From contig CM075989.1 of the NCBI GenBank assembly GCA_038087875.1, forward strand, positions 16,370,001 to 16,434,000: 64,000 nucleotides of DNA. Direction: 5' to 3'. A program made the translations under genes and the position numbers. Below are positions 52,266 through 64,000 of the stretch, piece after piece. Under the pieces are notes generated by a model that was not told the origin of the DNA, ran no database searches, and was given only the letters and a program-made list of their open reading frames with translations. The stretch is from Malacoraja senta. Lineage: Eukaryota. Position 1 is the first letter of the stretch. Each line of letters starts with the position of its first letter.

Positions 52266-52984
52266 TCTCTGCATATTCATATGCCAAACTAAAAGCCTCT
52301 TAAATGCTAGTATCGACTCTGCCTCCACCACTATCCCCAGCCATGCGTTCTAGGCATCTGTAATAAAACTTGTAAAATCAGCTCCTTTGAACTTTGTCCC
52401 TTTCACTTAAAAGCCCCCTAGTCTTTGACCTTTCCGCCATGAGAAAAAGGTTCTGACTGTCTAAGCTATTTATGCTGCTCATAATGTTATATACTTCTAT
52501 GAGGTTTCCCTGCAACCTCTAGCATTCCAGAGAAAACAGTCCAAGCTCGCTTTGCAGTTAATGCCCAACAATCCAGGCAGCATTCTGGTAAACCTCTTCT
52601 GCACCCTTTCCAAAGCCTCCACATCCTTCCTGTAATGGGGCGACCAGATCCGCACGCAATACTCCAATGTGGCCATTGCCTTCAGGGCCGGGCTGCAGGA
52701 GGCGGCCGCTGGACACAAAGATGACCGGACGAGGAGAGGGACGTCAGTTCTCGGGAACTGCTTCAGTACATCGAGCCTGCGGGCTATCCAGATTTTGGAA
52801 ATGGTACCAAAACATGGTGGCGCCTGCATGTGTAATATATGCCAAGAGAATTTCACTCTGCAGTGGCATATGTGACAAATAAAGCTCCATTGAATAAAAC
52901 ACCTTTGGACTGAACCAAAGTCGTATCAAGCTGCAAAACTTGCTTACTAGTTATAAAATGTACTTTTACGGTGCCTCGGTACTC

Positions 52985-54073
52985 TAGCAGTCAGGGTGGG
53001 CAGTAGGACATCAAAAACCATAGCCGTGAGCACTGGCTCGCCCCAAGGCTGTGTCCTAAGCCCCCTGCTGTTTAGTCTGCTAACACACGACTGTACTGCT
53101 AGACTCAACAACAACTTCATCAACAAGTTCGCTGATGACACAACAGTGGTGGGTCTCATCAGTGACAATGATGAGTCGGCGTACAGGATGGAGGTGGAGC
53201 TGCTCACAGGATGGTGCAAATCCCACAACCTCATTCTCAACGTGGAAAAACGAAGGAGATGGTGGTTGACTTCAGGAGGGCGGGAAAACAACACCATACA
53301 CCTCTGCACATCGATGGAGCTGATGTGGAAAGGGTCAACAGAGTGAAGTTCCTAGGACTCCACCTGTCAGATGACCTGACGTCCACGACCAACACCACAG
53401 CACTGGTCAAGAGAGCCCAGCAGCGACTACACCCTCTCCGAAGACTACGTAAAGCAGGTCTCCCACTACACACCTACGAACTTTTTATAGGGGGACAATC
53501 GAGAGCACATTAACCTACGGCATCACTTCCTGGTTCGGGAGCTGCAAGGCGTACGAACGGCACCAACTAGACAGGGATTGTGAAGACCGCAAGCAGGATT
53601 ATTGGTGCTCCACTCCCTTTCCTGCTGGACATATACAGGAAGAGATGTATCAGCAGAGCCATCTCCATCATCAAAGACCCCTACCACCCATCCATCACAT
53701 ATTCTCCATCCTGCCATCTGGGAAGAGGTACCGGAGCATTAGGTGCAAAACCAGCAGGATGCTCCTCAGCTTCTTCCCGCAGGTTATTAAGACTGATAAA
53801 CGGACTTTGTCCCCTGCCAAAGTATCGTGCACCAACCACCAACCTGGACACACTGCAGCAGAGCCACTGTCGTGCCGCTGCCGATCGGAACGCCTGTTGA
53901 TGTTTAGTAGAGTAGAGTGTTAATTTGTTCATGATATATGTATTTTTACTTCTATTTATTTTTTACTGCACACACTGAAATGGACACTGGTTGAGGAACG
54001 TTTTTTTGTTTCCTCTGGGTATGCGAATACTCAGGAAATAACAATAAAGATATACAATACAATACAATACAAT
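52985..54073 (+). mobile_element. Rex1/Babar-like LINE RT 3' part, frameshifted
   Basis: GSPQGCVLSPLLFSLLTHDC, KFADDTTVVGLI and KTKEMVVDFRR; (CAATA)n tail. Confidence 0.85.
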
Positions 54074-54167
54074 AGATCAATGGTATTTATGTTAGTGAAG
54101 ATCTCACACAATGGGCAGGTAGTCTTGGACACAGCGCTTGAGCACACAGGAGTAAGGCATCACTTAC

Positions 54168-54325
54168 GCGAGTTCTTCGGCAGCCCTGGTCCAATGCAGA
54201 TCTGCAGGGTTTTGCTGCTGGGCTTCAGCACAGCCTCCTGTCCGTGGCCTTGGATAAACTGAACTTGCCGCGAACTCCCAGCGCTCCAGGGACCCCAGTT
54301 ATCCTTCCTCACCTTCATTTCGAGT
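54168..54325 (-). CDS. MYO1E: Myosin IE exon (end of TH1)
   Basis: cag|A CTC...TCG C|gtaag; [23 protein letters not shown]...IGPGLPKNS. Confidence 0.95.
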
Positions 54326-55368
54326 CTGAGGAACAGGAATGACAAAAGTCAGACTGAATGAACAAAGGTGCATCGCGCAGGGTCATCGCAACTTGAGCAC
54401 GTGCCTAAACTGGTGAAACGTTTGGCCTTGGGTGCCGTGAAAGGAAACACAGCAACTATTCTGCATCGGGCAGAGACCCAGACCCACAGGCAGCAACAAA
54501 ATAAGCTGCACATCAACAGTTTTCAGTGGGTGATTGAGGATAACGTTGGCCAGAATTCACCTACTTTTGTTCAGAATACCACCTATCTATCTGTGAGTCG
54601 CTGTCTTCCCTTATAGCCATCTGTCCTGCCCTTATAGTCATCTGTCACCTTTCATGGGGCAGGGATTGATGGGGAAGGGTGTGGGACATCTACCGAGCCA
54701 TGGCCTACGCCAATGACTAAAATGAAGAAATCAGGTTTAGTACAATGAAGACACAAGAGACAGCAGATGCTGAAATCTTTTGATTAAAAGACAAGTGCTG
54801 GAGGAACTCAGTGATTCAGGCTGCATCTGTGGAGGGAAATGGACAGACTGTGTATAGGGTTGGGGGGTCTTCAAATTGATAGTGTAGAGAGGAGAAGACC
54901 AGTAAAAAAGAGAAGAGGGGGAAAGGGGGTGGGGGGCAAAAGAATGGGTGTAGTAGCAAATCTGGGTCACTATAGCTTTTGTTTGAAGATAGAAACAAAA
55001 TGCTGGAGTAACTCCGCAGGTCAGTCAGCATCTCTGGAAAAAGGAATAGGTAACATTTCAGGTCAGACCTCTTCTTCAGACTGAAAGAGAGAGAAGGCCA
55101 GAACAATACAGGGCCAGCACCAGATGTGGGATCAGGAAGCATTAGGAAGGACTGATGGCTATAAGGGATCCATAAAGACAGGGCGTCCCATGGTGGTATT
55201 CTGAAGAAAAGTGGGTGAATTCTGGCCACCTTTATTCTCAATCAACCACTAAAACCTGTGGATGTGCAACTGATTCTGCTGTTGTCAGTGGGACATTGCT
55301 GGATGCAGGTTACATTGTCCAGGGCTGTTTCAGAGTCGGGCATACGTTGGTGTGTGGAGAGTACTCAC

Positions 55369-55515
55369 GTGTTACTGAAGCGCAGAGGCAGCTTCCTTTG
55401 CATCCTCTCTTCGTAACGCTTGGATAACAGGCTGATGAATTCAGTTTTGAAGACCGACTCCAGCAGACTGTCGTACTCCTGCTCATGGAGGATGAAGAAG
55501 TCGTCCTGCATGGTG
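55369..55515 (-). CDS. MYO1E: Myosin IE exon (TH1)
   Basis: cag|C ACC...AAC AC|gtgagt; [49 protein letters not shown]. Confidence 0.96.
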
Positions 55516-55794
55516 CTGCATAGTAAACGGAGGTGCGGTTATTGCCAAAATAAACCTGTGCTGACCATCACCAGCTCCTCCCATTATCGGGGGGGGGGGG
55601 GGAGTTTTATCAATGGCAGCAGAATTCCTCCCCAGACAGTATTGTGGAGCTGCTGGTGTCAGAGTGCAATACAGCTCAGAAACAGCCCTTCAGGCCATCG
55701 GGTTCACACCAGCCATCTGGCATCCATTTAATCCCATTATATTTTCTACTAGCTGGACCACTGGAATCCAGGTTTACTCTCTCAGCTAATTATT

Positions 55795-56100
55795 AGCATA
55801 GTGCGGCTGGTAGAGCTCCTGCCTCACAGCGTCAGAGACCCCGGTTCGATCCTGACCTCGGGATCCATGTGGAGTTTGCACGTTCTCCCTGTGGCCGCGT
55901 GGGTTTCTTTCTGGTGCTCTGGTTTCCACCCACATCCAAAGACGTGCGGGTTTGTAGGTTAATTTGCCGCAGTAAATTGCCCCTCATGTGTAGGGAGTGG
56001 ATGTGAAAGTGGGATATCATAGAACTAGTGTGAACGAGTGATGGATGGTCAGCAAGGACTTGCTGGGCCGAAGGGTCCATTTCCATGCTGTTTCTCTAAA
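55795..56100 (+). mobile_element. V-SINE (HE1-like)
   Basis: tRNA-like head, V-domain and CR1-type tail. Confidence 0.8.
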
Positions 56101-56231
56101 TTCAACAAAATATTATCTTCTAAAACACAACAGTGGAATGAATGCAAGATGAACCACGTTCTCAAGTGGGGCATGAATGTACCACTTTTAAGAGAATCAA
56201 GGAGCATAGCAGGGGTGTCGACCACAGAGTC

Positions 56232-56582
56232 GACAGATGGCGCAATGGGCTAAGTGTTCGGCTGGCAACCGGAAGGTAGCCGGTTCGAATCCCGCTTGGA
56301 GTGCATACTGTCGTTGTGTCCTTGGGCAAGACACTTCACCCACCTTTGCCTGCGTGTGAATGTGTGTGAATGTGTGTGAGTGATTGGTGGTGGTCGGAGG
56401 GGCCGTAGGCGCAGATTAGCAGCCACGCTTCCGTCAGTCTGCCCCAGGGCAGCTGTGGCTACAGAAGTAGCTCACCACCACCGAGTGTGACTGAGGAGTG
56501 AATGAATAATGCGATGTAAAGCGCCTTGAGTATTAGAAAGGCGCTATATAAATCCCATCCATAAATCCCATCCATTATTATT
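56232..56582 (+). mobile_element. tRNA-derived CORE-SINE with L2-type tail (resembles teleost AFC-type SINEs)
   Basis: A box TGGCGCAATGG, B box GGTTCGAATCC, CORE TGTGTCCTTGGGCAAGACACTT, tail GTAAAGCGCCTTGAG...AAAGGCGCTATATAAAT...(TTA)n. Confidence 0.8.
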
Positions 56583-57539
56583 AGAGTGCCTCTAAACTGC
56601 TTGCCATTCAATGACCGGCAGACTGGATACTTCCTCCCTCTTCAGCCCAAGTCCATCTTATTTGGTACCTGAGTACGCAAACCTATCAATCTCAGCCTTG
56701 CATTGGCTCAACGAGCATCCATACCACTCCAAGGTAGAATTTTGAAGATCCACATCCCTCAGAGGAATGCATTTTTCCTCAACCCCGTCCCATATCCCAG
56801 ACGTGTGCGACTAGTTCTGGTTCACCACCTGGTGGAGACATCTACCCTGTCCACCCTCTCAGAAGGGAAAAGGACACAGCCTAGCAAGACAAGCATGTGG
56901 AGATTGCAGGAAGGACCTGCAAATGCTGGTTTAAACCGAAGATAGACACAAAAAGCTGGAGTAACTCAGGCAACATCTCTGGAGAGAAGGAATGGGTGAC
57001 GTTTTGGGTGGAGACCTTTCTGAAGAATCTCCAGAGATGCTGCCAGTCCCGCTAAGTTACTCCAGCTTTGTGTGTCTATCTGAAGCATGTGGAAGATGTT
57101 TCCACTAGTGGGAGAATCTAAGATTCACAAATAAGTTATACCTTCAGAAAAGAGATGAGAAGGAATTTCTTTAGTCAGAGGGTAGTGAATCTGTGGAATT
57201 CATTGCCACAGATGGCTGTGGAGGCCAAGTCAATGGATATTTTTAAGGTGGAGGTTGATAGATTCTTGATTAGTACGTGTGTCAGGGGTTAAGGGGCGAA
57301 GGCAGGAGCATGGGGTTGATCGGAAAGTATAGATAAGCCACGATTGAGTGGCGGAGTAGACTTGATGGGGAAAATGGTCTTATTCTGCTCCTAGAACTTA
57401 TCAACCTCAGTCATGGTAACCGAGAAGTCCAAATCTGAACTGCGGATACGGAGACAAGCAGTGTGAAAGCTTGTATCATGTGGGATCTCGAGTTAGTAGC
57501 AGCCAGTGATTGCTGGAGTTTGCTCAGCCACTGATTTAC

Positions 57540-57685
57540 CTCAGTGAGACGGTGAGGATCCGCTCCAAGTCGATCTTTCGTTTCAGCACTTCCTTCACCT
57601 GGCCCTTGGCCGAACCTTCCTTTACCTTCTCTCGTCCAATGAGGTACACAAACTTGGGGGTGAGGACGAGGTCACGCTTTATACT
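57540..57685 (-). CDS. MYO1E: Myosin IE exon (TH1)
   Basis: cag|AGT...CTG AG|gtaaat; [49 protein letters not shown]. Confidence 0.96.
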
Positions 57686-57927
57686 CTGAAAACACAACAC
57701 CTCACTTTAGTGCTTCCTCACCAGTCACTTGCCAAAAAGTAACAGCCGAAAGTGTTGCAGCTTTGAGATTTGACTATTCTTGATTCAGAATCTTTCTCGG
57801 GTTAGCACATAATGTAGGAAACACTTTGTACATAATGGTCCCATTCAGGGCCCTCTATTGGATAGAATGGCAGAGTTTTCATTGTGCTGGTCTACAGATG
57901 AACGGGTGCTAACAGGACCTTTTACCT

Positions 57928-58774
57928 CAGGGATCGGCAACCTTGTTCTGCATAGGGGCCGGGACGCATGTCTGTGAGCAGATGGCGGGCCACATCTATC
58001 ACTTGTACACATGGATCCCACCCCCATCCCGGTCCGGATGGCAGGCATCAACCTGATTAACCAACCTGATCTCCCGGTGGCTCAGCACTTCAACTCCCCC
58101 ACCCATTCCGAATCCGACCTCTCTGTCCTGGGCCTCCTCCATGGCCAGAGTGAGCACCACCGGAAATTGGAGGAGCAGCACCTCATATTCCGCTTGGGCA
58201 GTCTGCACCCTAGCGGCATAAACATTGAATTCTCCAATTTCCGGTAGCCCTTGCTGTCTCCTCCCCTTCTCAGCTCTCCCTCAGCCCTCGGGCTCCTCCT
58301 CTTCCTTTTTCCTTTCTTCTCCCCGCCCCCCCACCCTACATTAGTCTGAAGAAGGGTTTCAGCCCGAAACTTTGCCTATTTCCTTCGCTCCATAGATGCT
58401 GCTGCACCCGCTGAGTTTCGCCAGCACTTTTGTCTACCTTCTGGCAGGCATCAAATCACGTGTTCACAGAAAGTAGCCAAGAATGCTGGAGAAACTCAGC
58501 GGGTGAGGCAGCCTCTTGCAATCCTGGCATGTCTCACCCGCTGAGTTTCTCCAGCATTTTTGTCTACCTTCGATTTTTCCAGCATCTGCAGTTCTTTCTT
58601 AAACGTGTTCACAGAAGGTGCGCGGCTGTGCCAGCGGCTTTGCGCAGGATGCGGTACAGCCAGAGCTCGGCGCTCGGCGGGCCGGATGATTACGGGGGAA
58701 AAATCCGCATGCGGGCCGGATGATTTCGGGTTACGGTCGCATTCGGCCCGGGGGTGGTAGGTTGCCGACCCCTG
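57928..58774. mobile_element. hAT MITE containing two nested Penelope-derived insertions
   Basis: TIR cagggatcggcaacct / aggttgccgacccctg; imperfect 8-bp flanks ttttacct / ttttcctt. Confidence 0.75.
58052..58441 (+). mobile_element. Penelope 3' fragment (GIY-YIG C-terminus plus hammerhead-like motif)
   Basis: NQPDLPVAQHFNSPTHSESDLSVLGL...NIEFSNFR*; TSD tggcaggcatcaa at 58039-58051 and 58442-58454. Confidence 0.88.
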
Positions 58775-60323
58775 TTTTCCTTTCAAACAGGTAAGACATT
58801 CCCTGGAGAAAGATCTTGAATAATTCAATCACAAAGGGTGCAGCCCTGACATCTGTGTACAGCCAGATGCATATTAGTGGAGAGGAGAGTCAAGAGTGTT
58901 TTATTGTCATGTGTCCTGAAACTGAGCAATGAAGTTCTTTTTTGCAGCAGCACAACATCTATGTAAACACAGCACTCAGTAAGTACCATAATAAACTGCA
59001 AAAAAACTTCAATAAATCAAAAAATATATATAGTGCAAAAAACAAAATGGAATCCTCAAAGTCCTAATGCAATCATAGAAACATAGCAAAATAGGTGCAG
59101 GAGTAGGCCATTCGGCCCTTCGAGCCTGCACCGCCATTCAATATGATCATGGCTGATCATCCAACTCAGTATCCTGTACCTGCCTTCTCTCCATACCCCC
59201 TGATCCCTTTAGCCACAAGGGCCACATCTAACTCCCTCTTAAATATAGCCAATGAACTGGCCTCAACTACCTTCTGTGGCAGAGAATTCCACAGATTCAC
59301 CACTCTCTGTGTGAAAAATGTTTTTCTCATCTTGGTCCAAAAAGACTTCCCCCTTATCCTTAAACTGTGACCCCCTTGTTCTGGACTTCCCCAACAGCGG
59401 GAACAATCTTCCTGCATCTAGCCTGTCCAACCCCTTAAGAATTTTGTAAATTTCAATCAAGGCAGGTTGTAGTTTAGCCCGCCAGAACTTGTAAATGGTG
59501 CCTCCGGACATCGAAGGACACTTTACCCCAAGCCCAAGATAGACACAAAATGCTGGAGTAACTCAGTGGGACAGGCAGCAACTCTGGAAAGAAGGAATGG
59601 GTGACGTTTTGAGTCGAGACCCTTCCATGTTCAATTATGACGCTTGCCCCTGGTGGAAGGGTTGGATGATACTCATATTTTATAATTTTCTTGTGGAAAT
59701 AACCACTGGATAAGGCAGCAGCAGCTGTCTGCCTGCCGCTGAACCGAGGCAGCAGAGGGAAAATTGGAAGAGTGGGTGGTAAAGAATAGGTTTCAACGAT
59801 TTATACCGAGTGATTAAAATGTTACGTCCATTCTTGAAAGTGGCTAGGGATATTCAAAAAACTGCTAGTTTGTTTCTTTCAGAGAAACATTTCAAAAGCT
59901 ACATCAACGCACCAATATTTGGCTCTCACACTCATTGAACCTGCCTTGACATGCAGCAACCCCTGGGCTGGACAGCAGGGGGAGCTGCTAGCATGAAGGG
60001 CGTTCAATCTGTTGCAACCGATGGTGTGTCGTCACAGACAAGGCCAGAAGACCACGGAAATAAGTCTGGCCAATATTTAGCCTGCAATCAACCTCGCAAA
60101 AACATTATCCCATCATTACTACATCGATGTTCCCGGACACTTGCTATTTACAGCACGGACTACACTTCAAAACTTATAAAGCACATTAGAATAACACGCG
60201 ATCTTAAAAAGCTGTGTATTAATGCAAGTCTCTCTTTGTTTCTCTCTTGCTCACATGTTCGTCTTCACCACGATGATGAGATGTAACTTTAAACCTTCCT
60301 TGCATGTTGATTCTTATACAGTA

Positions 60324-60645
60324 GGGCGGCACGGTGGCGCAGCGGTAGAGTTGCTGCCTCACAGCGCTTGTAGCACAGGAGAACCGGGTTCCATCCCGAC
60401 TACGGGTGCTGTCTGTACGGAGTTTGTACGATCTCCTCGTGACTGCGTGGGATTTCTCCAATATCTTCGGTTTCCTCCCACGCTCCAAAGACGTACAGGG
60501 TTGTAGGTAAGTTTGCTTGGGACAAGTGTGTAAATTGTTCCTTGTGTTTGTAGGATAGTGTTAATCTGCAGGATCGCTGGTCGGTGCAGACTCGGTGGGC
60601 TGAAGGGCCTGTTTCTGTGCTGTATCTCTAAACTAAAAACTAAAC
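60324..60645 (+). mobile_element. V-SINE (HE1-like), full length
   Basis: GGGCGGCACGGTGGCGCAGCGGTAGAG head, V-domain, (AAACT)n tail. Confidence 0.85.
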
Positions 60646-60748
60646 TAGAATTACCTGTCTTTAACACTCAAGGTGAACACTGAATATTCAGCATAACAAG
60701 GAACAACCCTTAGTGGAGGACTATATAAACTGGTAGACTATAATGAAT

Positions 60749-60880
60749 GGTTGAGAAGGAACTGCAGATGCTGGAAAATCGAAGGTAGACAAAAGTGCTG
60801 GAGAAACTCAGCGGGTGCAGCAGCATCTATGGAGCGAAGGAAATAGGCAACGTTTCGGGCCAAAACCCTTCTTCAGACTA
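60749..60880 (-). mobile_element. Penelope terminal fragment with intact hammerhead core
   Basis: TSD agactataatgaat at 60735-60748 and 60875-60888; on -: CTGAAGAAGGGTTTTGGCCCGAAACGTT. Confidence 0.8.
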
Positions 60881-61017
60881 TAATGAATCACAGTTCCTCC
60901 AGCTCTCACGGTATATACCAGTATCGATAAGGAATCAAACCTGACCTAATATAGAGATGATTTCATTAATCCGTCTCCTCGAGTAGCACGGACAGGGTTA
61001 GTTAAGGTTGGACCCAC

Positions 61018-61187
61018 CTTAAACCTTCGGTCATATTTGGTGACAGTATCTGCAAATTCCACCTTCTCCCTTTTCCCTATAAACTGCCGCAGTTCCAGCC
61101 GATCTTCCATTCCGATATAATCGCCGACAAAGTTCCGGTTGATGCTGTTTCTCCGTCTCTCCTTCTTATTGAGCAGCAAGTCAGATG
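61018..61187 (-). CDS. MYO1E: Myosin IE exon (start of TH1)
   Basis: cag|CA TCT...AAG|gtgggt; [29 protein letters not shown]...[13 protein letters not shown]. Confidence 0.97.
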
Positions 61188-62695
61188 CTGAGGAGAAAGC
61201 AAATCAAATCGAAGATCAGATTAATCTGATGGGAACCTGCCGGGTAACTATTTTCAGTGGGTGTAAGGAACAAGCTGCCGGAGGAGGTAGTTGAAGCAGG
61301 TACTATCGTAATGTTTAAGAAACATTTAGACAGGTACATGTTTAAATGGATATGGATCAAAAGCAGGCAGGTGGAACTAGTGTAGACGGGGCCTGTTGGC
61401 CGGGCGTGGGCAAGTTGAGCTGAAAGGCCTGTTTCCACACTGTATGACTATGACTATAATCCTTCTGATGTTCTGAAACATGTTAAAACATTTAAAAACT
61501 GCAATTTGAGGAATGGGTAAACAACGTCATGGTACGGAAATGATAGTTTTCCACATTCTTCTCACAGGGATTGTTAGTTGTGTCTATGTCTATGTGCAGT
61601 AAGTGTCAATGGATTAGCCAGCCAGTCACAAGTAAACCTGATGAAGCAAGGCCACAATGGAAGCTGGGAGCTGGCGTATTGCTGTGGGTATTGGGAACCT
61701 GGCTGATTTACCCGACCTCTACCTCAGAGGGCGGTGGAGGCAGGTTCTCTGGATGCTTTCAAGAGAGAGCTGGGTAGGGCTCTTTAAAAATAGTGGAGTC
61801 AGGGGATATGGGGAGAAGGTAGGAACGGGGTACTAATTGGGGATGATCAGCCATGATCACATTGAATGGCGGTGCTGGCTCGAAGGGCCGAATGGCCTAC
61901 TCCTGCACCTATTGTCAATTGTCTACCCTGTACCCAAAGCCCCAATTGAGGTGCTCAAGATCATGACGGGTTTAGCCGATTCGAGACTGAGAAGATGCTT
62001 CCACTTGCAGGAGACCCACAACCAGAGAATATAAAAACAAGCTTAAATCTCCACTCTTGAAGTTGGGATAGAAAAATATAGGGTGACTGCCCCATGCAGA
62101 ATAGAATGAGCACAGAATTTTCAGGAGTAATGTTAAGCCAAAGCCACATTTCCTTTTCTGGATTGACATAAAGGATCCCATAATACTATTTCACAGATGA
62201 ATCAGGTAGTCATGAATGAGCCAATATTCATTACTCAGACAACGCCACCAGATTAGCTGGACATGATTACATTGGTGTTTGTGCAACATGCTGTGTGCAG
62301 TTGGACTGTTGTCTTTCCCATATTAAAACAGTGACCACCACAAACATTGTTCGAGACTGCTTTGGGATATGAATGCACAATACAAATGCAAGCCTTTCTT
62401 TAAGATAAGGCAGTAATAAATCCACTAGAGAATTCAGAGAAACATCTTTAGCCAGAGAGTGGTGAGAACGCACCTTGGGGTGAAAGCAGAAATGCATTGA
62501 AGGGGAAGCTGGATAAATTCATTACCATAGGGAGGTCAATGGACAGAATGTTCTGTTTCTGTGTTGTAAATATTACAGGTCACAGCAAGAACAGAGCCCA
62601 GACCCGCCCCGGTCCTCAGGGTTAAGCTGTTCAATGTTTAACGAGTAAAAGAGATTTGGAACCATTCCCAAATAGAGTGGCTTTCTTTGCTTTAC

Positions 62696-62810
62696 CTTCC
62701 TCTCTCATCTGCACATATTTCTTTCTTGCAGCGTACTTCCTCCATGCCTTCTGAATGGCCCGGGCGTATGCATCAAACTTTCTTTCCCGCATCTCCTCGA
62801 GTAAAAACAG
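62696..62810 (-). CDS. MYO1E: Myosin IE exon (IQ motif)
   Basis: cag|CTG...GAA G|gtaaag; [38 protein letters not shown]. The gene continues beyond the window. Confidence 0.97.
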
Positions 62811-63477
62811 CTGTGGAAGAGGAAGAAGATGAAGACTGAAAGATTTATTCAAATTTACCGCTTTATGTCAGGTGAGGAACAGGCAGCAGGATGAAAGGAG
62901 GGATGACTGTGTTCCAGAACCTTCTCTCCAGGTTATTCTTGGTTTAACCATAATGACCTGGAATTGAGGCCCCACGAGTACAATGACCAGGACGAAAAAA
63001 TAGCCGCCCTGGATTCATGGTCCAAGCATGCACAATGACGGTGTTTGGGAGGCTTGTGTGCACACAAGATGACTTTGTGCGGTATGAGCACCTGTGTCGC
63101 ATGTACATCTGGCTGCACATCGGTTGATAAAAGCAATGCTTGGTGAATCTGTTCACGAGTATCAGAAGATATCCAACCATTTTAAAAAAGGTGCCGCAGA
63201 GGGGCACCTCTCATATACATGGTGAACACTTTTCTCAACCCTCTTACCTCCCCTCTTGAAGGCACTGACATGCTACAGGATGGATGCTAATAACTGGCAA
63301 TCTGACTGAATAATCATTTTCTCTGCGTTAATTTTGTCAGTAAGAGTCTATGATTCTAACTCTCAGCAAGGCCAGCAGCATAATCAAGGACGAGTCGCAC
63401 CCTGGCCACTCCCTCTTCTCCCCTCGCCCATCAGGCAAAAGGTATAGAAGTATGGAAACACACACCACATGATTCAG

Positions 63478-63678
63478 GTAGACAAAAATGCTGGAGGAAC
63501 TCAGCGGGTGAGGCAGCATCTATGGAGCGAAGGAAATAGGCAACGTTTTGGGTCGAAACCCTTCTTCAGACCCGAAACGTTGCCTTTTTCCTTCGCGCCA
63601 TATATGTTGCCTCACCCGCTGAGTTTCTCCAGCATTTTTGTCTACCTTCAATTTTCCAGCATCTGCAGTTCCTTCTTA
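63478..63678. mobile_element. Penelope-derived fold-back element inserted in a Rex/L2 tail
   Basis: Inverted arms; TSD accacatgattcag at 63464-63477 and 63679-63692. Confidence 0.82.
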
Positions 63679-64000
63679 ACCACATGATTCAGAGACAGTT
63701 TCTACCCAGCTGTTATCAGGCAACTGAATTATCCTACCACAACAAGAGAGCAGTGCTGAACTACTAAGTTTAGTGACACCCGGACTATCTTTGATCGGAC
63801 TAAACGTTATTCCGGGGTGTATCGCCCGGGGGGTATCGCCTCAGCGCAGAGGGAGAAGAGGAGGGAAGAGACTGCACTCCTAAGACTTTTGCCTCCATCA
63901 CAGTGAGGAGATGCTGGGTGGACTCACTGTGGTGGATGTTAATATGTGTTTATTGTTGTTTTTATTGTATTATATGTATGACTGTTGCAATTTCGTTCAG

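Noticed and set aside
56236..56300. tRNA-like A/B-box sequence (also the heads at 41340-41421 and 60324-60400)
   Set aside because: SINE heads continuing into CORE or V domains; not free-standing tRNA genes.
62930..63250. Unusual-composition intronic segment, possibly a DNA transposon
   Set aside because: No TIR, TSD or coding motif that I could verify.

Overview
Vertebrate genomic DNA, most likely from a cartilaginous fish such as a skate or ray (inferred from HE1/V-SINE-like, CR1 and Penelope repeats). It is not prokaryotic, and nearly all ORF-track entries are spurious or TE-derived. Three spliced genes occur in the order RNF111-CCNB2-MYO1E, as on human 15q22: the last 6 coding exons of RNF111/Arkadia (+, 974-11891), a complete 9-exon CCNB2 (+, 29327-38071, 401 aa) with a CCAAT/CHR cell-cycle promoter, and the last 9 coding exons of MYO1E (-, 40859-62810, convergent with CCNB2), one of which has a phase conflict. 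Introns and intergenic DNA are dense in CR1, Rex/L2, RTE, L1/Tx1, Penelope, SINE, Harbinger, hAT and Helitron fragments. There is a 200-N gap at 27774-27973. Two observations stand out. (1) Three CAAAGAT...ATCTTTG elements with 8-bp TSDs cluster just upstream of the CCNB2 promoter; two are only 36 and 40 bp and resemble P-element excision footprints. (2) A Penelope-derived family carries minimal hammerhead-ribozyme motifs, forms fold-back hairpins and inserts with mostly 12-14-bp TSDs. All family assignments are by eye and need database confirmation.
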